From Rotaria socialis (Eukaryota), in the NCBI GenBank assembly GCA_905331295.1, contig CAJNYD010000508.1:1-47454 (forward strand): a DNA stretch of 47,454 nt, in the 5' to 3' direction. The notes beneath the pieces are model-generated. The model saw only the letters and a program-made list of their open reading frames with translations. It did not search any database and was not told the origin of the DNA. A program made the translations under genes and the position numbers. This document shows positions 39,306-47,454 of this stretch, in pieces (position 1 is the first letter of the stretch; each line of letters opens with the position of its first letter).

Positions 39306-39522
39306 CTGTACTATTCGTTAATACTTTTAGCAAACTATAAGGAATACTTGACAATTATAGCGAGATTACTCTGAAATAACCATTAATAATAAACTTCTCT
39401 TGACAACATTCGGTTACTATACTGAATTTCGAATGCGACATCTTTACTATTACAATAGATGGACGCAGATGTTTAAATGTCAAAATGAACTCAATTTATT
39501 TATTTTGGATAATCTCAAACAC

Positions 39523-40618
39523 CTAACAATAAGTCCATTCTGGATGGTTTTTTGGTCGACATTGTTTTGGACAAGGTCCAAATGGTAGTTTTCCGTGACC
39601 ACAACATGTTCGTGTACAGCCTACATAACAGTTTGTTGCGTTAGCTGATGGTCGTTGTGTTGGAAATGGTTCTGTCTTATGTCCCAATTTACTCATACAA
39701 TAGAAGCTGTCATGAATAAGTAGACTTGATGTTGCAAATGGCCAAACATGAGAAGAAAGAAATAATTGATCAGCACGATCAGTATATTGCTTAATTAATT
39801 CTCGGTTATGAATTTTATTAAGTATTAAACGAGATAAAGATCGATTTAAAGATGGTCGAAAACCCCACATACCGGCAAGCATGCGCATTTTATGTGTAGG
39901 ATGATCGCGCATTACATGAAATGATTTTTTTGAAGCTAACCATGCATTAACAGCTGCACGTTCTCGTTTTGTCAAAGCTGACTCAAGATTACGACTTATC
40001 ACTAAATAAATACATAATTTCACAATCAAACACAATACTAGCTATGTTAATGTAAATGGTATACATACTAATATCAACTAGTGGATCACCAGCAGGTATA
40101 AAACGCCAAATGTCTGGTGGTATAAACATTTTATTTTGCATATTACAAAAATCAACGTTTGAATGTTCACATTCAATTGGACAAATAATATCCGTTGCAT
40201 TTATTTTATCATCGTGATAAACACGTAATATATATCCATCGGAATAAATTGTATGAACATCTTTTATAAGAAGCTTAAGATAGTTCAGTGTTCGATGAAT
40301 TTCAAATTTTTGAACTCCGTTTGGCCCGGAAAGACTAATTGAAATAATCCGTTGATGTGGTCCACGTTGTGAACTGTAAAGACTACAGAATGATGGTTGT
40401 TTTTCATTTAATAAGATATGAGAAGACAACTGTGGTAATTTAGGTCTTGAACATATACACTCAGGTCGTTGACGGTAATTAATGTCGAGGGTTTTAAGAA
40501 TAAATGATTTACGCGTAAAAATATCTAATGCTATATAGAAAATAAAACTTCCTAAAAACCCACCACATATAGAAGATAAGCAACGTGCATAGTTTCGTGT
40601 TAAAAAGAATAATTTCAT
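39523..40618 (-). CDS. Type II membrane protein, putative glycosyltransferase-like, paralogue A (342 aa; DxD replaced by NLE)
   Basis: Exons 40618-40069 and 40001-39523 (67 nt phase-1 intron). N-terminal TM anchor; IISISL, LRVYHD, WRFIPAGDPLVDI, SRNLES, RERAAV..WL, FHVMRDHPTH, MLAGMWG, DQLFL, CP.QCRPKNHPEW.YC. The gene is clear; the function is inferred. Confidence 0.85.
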
Positions 40619-43467
40619 GGTAAATCTAAAAAATTAATTTGTATTTTTAGTTTTCACGATGTAGCTTTTTCCTGCACGGTTGTATTTTCAGTGTTGTAAA
40701 TTGAAATATTGCTTCGAACACCGCTTCTTAAAAATAATATTTAAACAACAAAATATATCCAATCAACTGCATTCTGTCATTTTACGATCGTTTCTTTGCT
40801 TTCTACTGTTTTATTTTCAACCGTTTTACAACACAAAATATGTATGGACAAATACTTTAACGGTTGAAACTTGCTTCTAAATTGCAAAAGTATTGCGCTT
40901 GTGAGAATTTCTTAGATGCAAAGGCTACATTTATATTCGAGAGAAGAATTTTGATCTAAGTAAAATAAATAGAAATCTTCTGATGAGAAGATACTAGTCT
41001 CAGAATGCTTCATAGAGAATCTATAAAAATTTCTTTTCAAAGAATTCGAAATTTAGTGACTTGATTATAACCGTTTACAAAAGTATTTAATTAGCCAAAG
41101 CTACTACAAATATTTACCAATATGGTTTGAATTTATTCAGTAGACTGATGCTCTTAAAGTAGAAGGTGATTTTGGTTGTCTTAAGGTTTTTACTAACAAC
41201 GTAGTGAGAATACATTGTTTATGTAATGAGACGTACAATTTTTGTAGGTTACCATGCGGATATCTCATTCAATGCTTATATTTGATGTGTTTATTCTTTC
41301 ACCTGAACGGTTCTTAATCGTATAGTGAAAGAAAAATATAGTAATTTACATAAGCATATACTGTTCTATTCTCTCTCTATGTATAGATACTTCAGCTTTT
41401 TGCGTTCTGTATTTTATTGCATTCTTTCCGATAGTTTTCGTAGTCTGATTACGAATAATATTGACTTTCATGATAATGGTGCATTAGAAAAGTGGTAGCA
41501 CCACTTTTCAAGAAATGCAATGTTTGCATCGGGTTGTCGTCCATGAAACGCTGCCTAATAGTTTTTTTTTATTCATATACGTATATCTTTCCGAGTATTC
41601 AACTGATTGAAGTGTTTTCTTATTTGAGCTACCGAACAAGATTATGTAAGGTTAAATATGAGGAACAACGATTGATTTCCATTTAATTGCTTTAAAGGAA
41701 CTGATGATAGCTCTCTCTCTATATAAATATTTATAGCTATTCATTCATTGCTTCTGATTTTATTTATTATCAACGTGTTCAATTAGCAACGCGATATATT
41801 TATACGCCGTACCGAAATTATAGCTTTACTGCTCATATTAATTGAGGTTTCGACTGGTTAAATATTCTTTCTCACAGTTATGTTAATACACTAATTAAAA
41901 GATATCTTATTGAATCTAATAAACTGATGTCGATGAGGATGCTAAAAATTAAAATTTTACGACAAAAAGATGGTTTATCTCTTTAAATTTCCTTGGTTGT
42001 ATTTGAGTAGATTTGGCAATGAATGATATACTTCAAAATCGTGAAGTCACGTTTCATTTAAAAGGTCAAACTACAAGAAATGTGACAAAAAATTCTTTGG
42101 GATCGTAGAAAACAGATTACTCACTTTATAATACTATCAAGTTACTTGAAAAGTTCTTATGAGTAAACGTATTCATCGTTGATATCTATCATTGTCAAAT
42201 GTGTGCTAATAATGCCGACGTTAACTGAATAACATGGATTAATCATTCAACCGTATAGTCCTATAATGGCCAAAATAATGAGTTTATAATTAAAATTAGT
42301 TCGAATCATAGTATGATGAGCATGACTTGTACTTGAAATAATATCGTTCACCTGTTTAAACAAGTAAATAAAAAGGCACTTTCATGTATGAACAATACTC
42401 AAGGTTTCACTAAGCGATGATTTCATCTACATTTATTTCGAAATAATTGACGTGGAAAATGCATGCTAATAATTTATGAATAATAGTTATTTTTAAAATA
42501 GATACAAATTAGTTTTTAGTCAAAACTTTACTTTTGATCTTATATCCAGAATAAGTCTATTGAATTTAATTTATGATTTATTGATATATGTATTAAAATG
42601 GCTTCAATACGATATATATAAAAGCACGGGATATCCTGTCCTTGCTTATCAACAAATATTTATTCGTACTTTATTCATAATATTTAAAATAAATGAAAAT
42701 AATGATATACTGAATGTGAATAGTAGATATTGCATATTTGCTAAATTTACATAAAAATAGTTTAGCACATCTACCGAACATAATAGATGGTATTTATAAA
42801 ATATATATTGTACTTGATTATGATATATCCACTGAGAAAAATCACTAGAGAGGAGACTTTTCAAGAATTCAATTGCTTTTTACTGAAAACTAGTGCGATT
42901 TAATTGCTCATGATGAGTAGTGCAAAGTTAATTTAGTTCAAATTACCGATTTTTGCTTGTTAATTTATCCTTCCTTTTTCTATTGTTCTTCTAAATGCAC
43001 AGATATAATCACTCATCGGATTTTGAGATAAACATCGTTACATCGGTGATAAGCTTTTAGTTAACGTCTATATAGCTGCATCAGCGGTTCATAGAAACGT
43101 TCATCTGTTATTAACTAGTTCAACAACGGTATTTCTATTAAACAGTAATGTTTAGACAAGAATATTTCCTCCAACAAATCGTTCAAATGACTAAAAGACT
43201 TGTCATCGGTGAAACAAATTCTACTAGAAACTCATTGAACCATCTTAGCAATAATTCTAGTCTAACAAAACTCAAAGAGGTACAAAATTCTGAATTCAAC
43301 CAACCAAATCTGAATAATCTAGTCATTTAGACTTTTCACAGCTCAGCATCAACAATCGCATTGCACTCATTTGAAACGAAAATTAAATAAGAAGTTAAAA
43401 AGATTACACCTTAAAATTCATGTATATATTTTTCTTTTACGAGAAACACATATAGATAAAAGAAAAT

Positions 43468-45180
43468 TTAGCAATAAACCCATTCTGGATGATCTTTTGG
43501 TCGACATTCTGGCGGACAGGGTCCAAAGGGCCTTTTCCCGGGAGTACAACAAGGCCGTGCCCAACCTATAAAACAATTCGTTTCATTAACTGCTGGTCTT
43601 TGTGTTGGAAATGGCTCTGACTTCTGTCCGAATTCATGTTTGCACAGAAAACTATCATGTGCAATAACACTCGCTTTTGCATATGACCAAACATGAGAAG
43701 AGAGAAATGATTGATCAGCTCGACCACCATATCGTTTGATTAGTTCTCGATTGTAAATTTTATCCAGTATTAAACGAGATATAGATCGATTTAATGATGG
43801 CCGAAAACCCCACATACCACCAAGCATAGGAACATTATGCAGGGGATGATCACGTAAACTATGAAATAACTTGTTCGAAGCCAGCCATACATCAACCGCT
43901 GCACGTTCTCGTTTTGTCAAAGGCGAATCAAGATCACGACTCATCACTAAAATAGATACCAGAGATTCAAATGTAATTCAGATATTAAATAATTTTGTAA
44001 TTAGACACGATTTTCGTTCTTATTTCTTCATATTTATTTTTCAATCTTAGATAAAATTGCCTACCGATAAAACAATCATTTTTAACAGTATTATCAATTA
44101 ATTCCAATTGTTTTTCCATCTTGCAATCAATATTATCCTGAAGATAGAATTCAATAATGATTCACACACGCTCTTTCGAAAAATCTCGTAAAACGTTCAT
44201 GTAAGTTTTTCTCAATTTTAATTCTAACTCAATATAGAATTTGATATTATTTTATGTAAAAAAATACTAAGAAATGATAGTAAACTAACATATTTGAATA
44301 GTAGAAACTACTAGCAAACATGATTGCACCAAATAAATATCGTATAGATATGATAGGTAACTCAATAGTTTCGAACGAATGACATAAATTCTCTTTTGAT
44401 CGATTCTAATCATTGTTGCAGCACTAGATGACTTTATTTTTTCTTTACATTTTGCTCAATCTATTCATCCAATAATAATCTTGATCTTAATATTCAAGAG
44501 GGTCAATTCTTTTGGCGACGGATATGAGTAGCTATACAAATATTAACGTTGTATTATTTCATCTCCATTGCTGATCGCTTATAGAAACAACATTATAATA
44601 AGCAACATTTTGCAAGAGAAATAAATATGAAATTTAATTACTTACTAATATCCACAAGAGGATCGCCTGCCGGTGTAAACCGCCAGATTTTCGGTGGAAT
44701 ATAAAGTTTATCCGTCATATTACAAAAATCCACATTTGGATGTTTACATTCAATAGGACAAATAATATTTGATGAATCAACTGCATCATCATGATAAACA
44801 CGCAGTATAAAATTATCTGGATACACGACGTTTAGATCTTCAATGAGCTGATGAAGAAGGGCAAGCGATCGATTCATTTGAAACATTCTATTTTCTTTTG
44901 GGCCAAAAAGACTGATTGCAATAATACGTTGATGAGGACCGCGTTGTGTAGCATATTCACTGCAAAGAGACAATTGAATATGACTATTTTCAGATGTTAA
45001 AGGTGATCGTAATGAGGTTAATGAAGATCTTGAACATGTACATCCAGGCCGTCGTCGATAATCATTTCCGAGCAATAAAATACCCGTAGAGGATATCAGA
45101 TCAAATCTTCCTATAATTAAAACCACAAATGAGCCCAACGAGACAGTTAAAATTAAATAAATAAATTGGCGATTTTTCAT
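43468..45180 (-). CDS. Type II membrane protein, putative glycosyltransferase-like, paralogue B (~337 aa; DxD intact)
   Basis: Exons 45180-44646 and 43946-43468 (699 nt intron at the same phase-1 position as paralogue A). First in-frame ATG at 45180; IIAISLFG, SRDLDS, FHSLRDHPLH, MLGGMWG, DQSFL, CPPECRPKDHPEWVYC. Confidence 0.87.
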
Positions 45181-46871
45181 TGATGTTGATGAATTAAATC
45201 GTATTAATACTTTCACCACCTATCGGCATGACCATTTTCAATTTTCTTGGTGAACCAGTCGTTTTGTTATGACTTGATTTGATTAGAAATCTATATGACT
45301 ATCTGAAAACGGAAAAATGCACTGTTGAAAATACTTAATGACTATATTGATGATTGTTCTCAGTTTTCTTATTTGTTCTGAGTTCTTTTTTTTAATTGCC
45401 TTTCCTCATCCTAACAACACGTATGGAAGGCAAATTAAAAAGAATTACGTTAAAAAGAAAAACAGTAAACAACGCATACAAATATAGCTATTTTTAATTA
45501 TTATTAGTTACTTATTATTTATGTTATGCTATGCTCATCGGCGAGTCATGATTCTAGAAACATTTACTCAATATCTGCTTTTGTTGAGGGCTGCCAAATA
45601 TCTTGTTGTAACCAGTAAAATTCTGGTTTATATCTAAACTGAGTTTGCTACGCTAATAGATAAATTCTATGCTAATAAGTTGTGTATTTTAGATCAAAAG
45701 AAAGAACTGGAAATTTTTATTGAACTTTTTCGATACAAGAACACAATGTCGGTGAGATATCAGATTCATTATAGTAAGATCGTCTACTACTATGTGAGAA
45801 AATTTATGATACTTCTTCGCTGAAAGAATTCGGAATAAATACCAGCTTCATTATCACGCTATGCCAAAGTAACTAATCGTTATTTGTTGAAGTTCAATCA
45901 ATGATACCACTTTTTGTGAAAACTTTTTCTCTAGTTTATTTGCTTGTTCTAGGAATAACTTCGAACTGGTTAGTGATTGGTCATACATACGATTATCTTC
46001 GTCTTTTTCTTAGATAACATGTAGAAAAATTTTGATTGTCACTACTCGAATAACAGAAAATATGAATCACTTTAGCGAATGAGAGTATCATTTTTTTTCT
46101 TCGGAGTAAGACTGTCAAATATCTTCCAGTTCTGGTAATCTGTTTTGTACTCCGAATACTTTTAGTGAGGATAGCAGTTCACAGCCTGTCTTTTTTTATT
46201 GCAAAAACTCCTGGCTCTATAAATTTGGGTTTGGCAATTCTAAGCGTCTTCCCAAAGAACACTAAAATTTTACGCAAAGAGTTCGTGGATCATAACTAAT
46301 TTCAAAATGATCACTGGCCAAGTACAAAAAAATGAAATCGAGCATGATTTCAGGGAGACAACTCAAGCACAAAACAAAAAAGAAAACAACAGATTATATT
46401 AGGGTTTCTATTTGTCTTAACTTTGTGTTTTGAAATAAAATAGCTCTCATACAAACCACCGTCGTTGAAAGTTAAATAACTGATACCTCCGTTCTCTGAA
46501 CAAGACAAAAACAAGCTTTTATTTTTTTTACCGAACCGAAAGAAACCATAAAAACGACAATTTTGTAGATCATATATTTGATCACGTGTCTTGACAACAA
46601 GATTTAAAAAAAGTAATTTCTCTTTTTTTCCTTTTATAAAAAAAGATTGAAATCATTCAAAAGATTCGATGAGAACCGCCTGCAAATAAATTATTTCTCT
46701 CGAGTATGATTCAATACTACCAACAGATCTCATACTGTTTAAGAGAAATAAATACGGAAACATTCAGATTCGCATCCGATTGTTATGTCTACTGCAAAAA
46801 CTGAGTCGATTTATATATGTTGTGAATAATGCTGAGAAAAAAATTTCTTTTTTTTTGAAAAAATCCCTGTA

Positions 46872-46872
<1 letters not shown>

Positions 46873-46944
<72 letters not shown>

Positions 46945-46945
46945 N
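46873..46945. other. Poly-G run ending in N: assembly/sequencing junction
   Basis: 72 G followed by a single n; the true run length is unreliable. Confidence 0.8.
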
Positions 46946-47454
46946 CTCATCTTTGAACTCGACTGAAACATTGATTAGATCATTCTGTGTACAAAATTTC
47001 ATGACAATTGGATGAGGCTTTCAAGAGTTATCGTGTTAACCGACGGTCGGACACACTGACCGGATCTAGAGAGTACTCATTTTTTGACTAAGATGCACCA
47101 AAGTAAAAAATCGAGCAGGAGGAAAAAATCATTTTATTATTACACGGTAAGATAGAGCTCGATGAGTAGATCATGAATATCATCTTTAAAATGTTTATAG
47201 GCTTCCGTTTTGGTTGACATATTTTCAAAATACAAACTGCACCTAAAAACGTGAATATTTCACTTTTTATTTTAGAGAAAACTCGAAATTTACCTAGTTT
47301 AACAATGTTCTAGGTTTAGAAAACTATCATCATCGAATTCAGCATGAAAATCTATATCCACCAATGTAATGTTGACCAGTAAAAAACATAAGTTTCAAGT
47401 TTGAGAACCTCAACTAGATCTCCATGTAGACACACGTTGAAATTGATGTCTCGC

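Noticed and set aside
46789..47002. Poly-proline (formin-like) ORFs
   Set aside because: Artefact of the poly-G run and N at an assembly junction.

Overview
AT-rich eukaryotic (invertebrate) genomic DNA with many ~50-75 nt GT-AG introns. Composition and gene style suggest a bdelloid rotifer, but that is inference. From left to right: a piggyBac-like terminus; three intronless single-pass membrane genes with Pro/Tyr-rich tails; a 17-exon polycystin-1-like gene (GPS, PLAT, channel domain) with an unusually short ectodomain; a 1.7 kb foldback element with ~630 bp inverted arms; a 3-exon amidated-neuropeptide precursor missing from the ORF track (three (F/Y)GxL-amide peptides); a decayed PKA/PRKX-like kinase fragment; an internally deleted, tRNA-His-primed Ty3/gypsy LTR element; a 10-exon PCBP (3xKH) gene; a gene with a ZAD-like C4 module and two C2H2 fingers; a C2orf81/DUF4639 homologue; two tandem paralogues of a putative glycosyltransferase, one lacking the DxD motif; and a poly-G/N assembly junction. 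No prokaryotic systems, CRISPR arrays or RNA genes were seen. All exon models were built by hand and checked for reading-frame continuity; no database searches were run.
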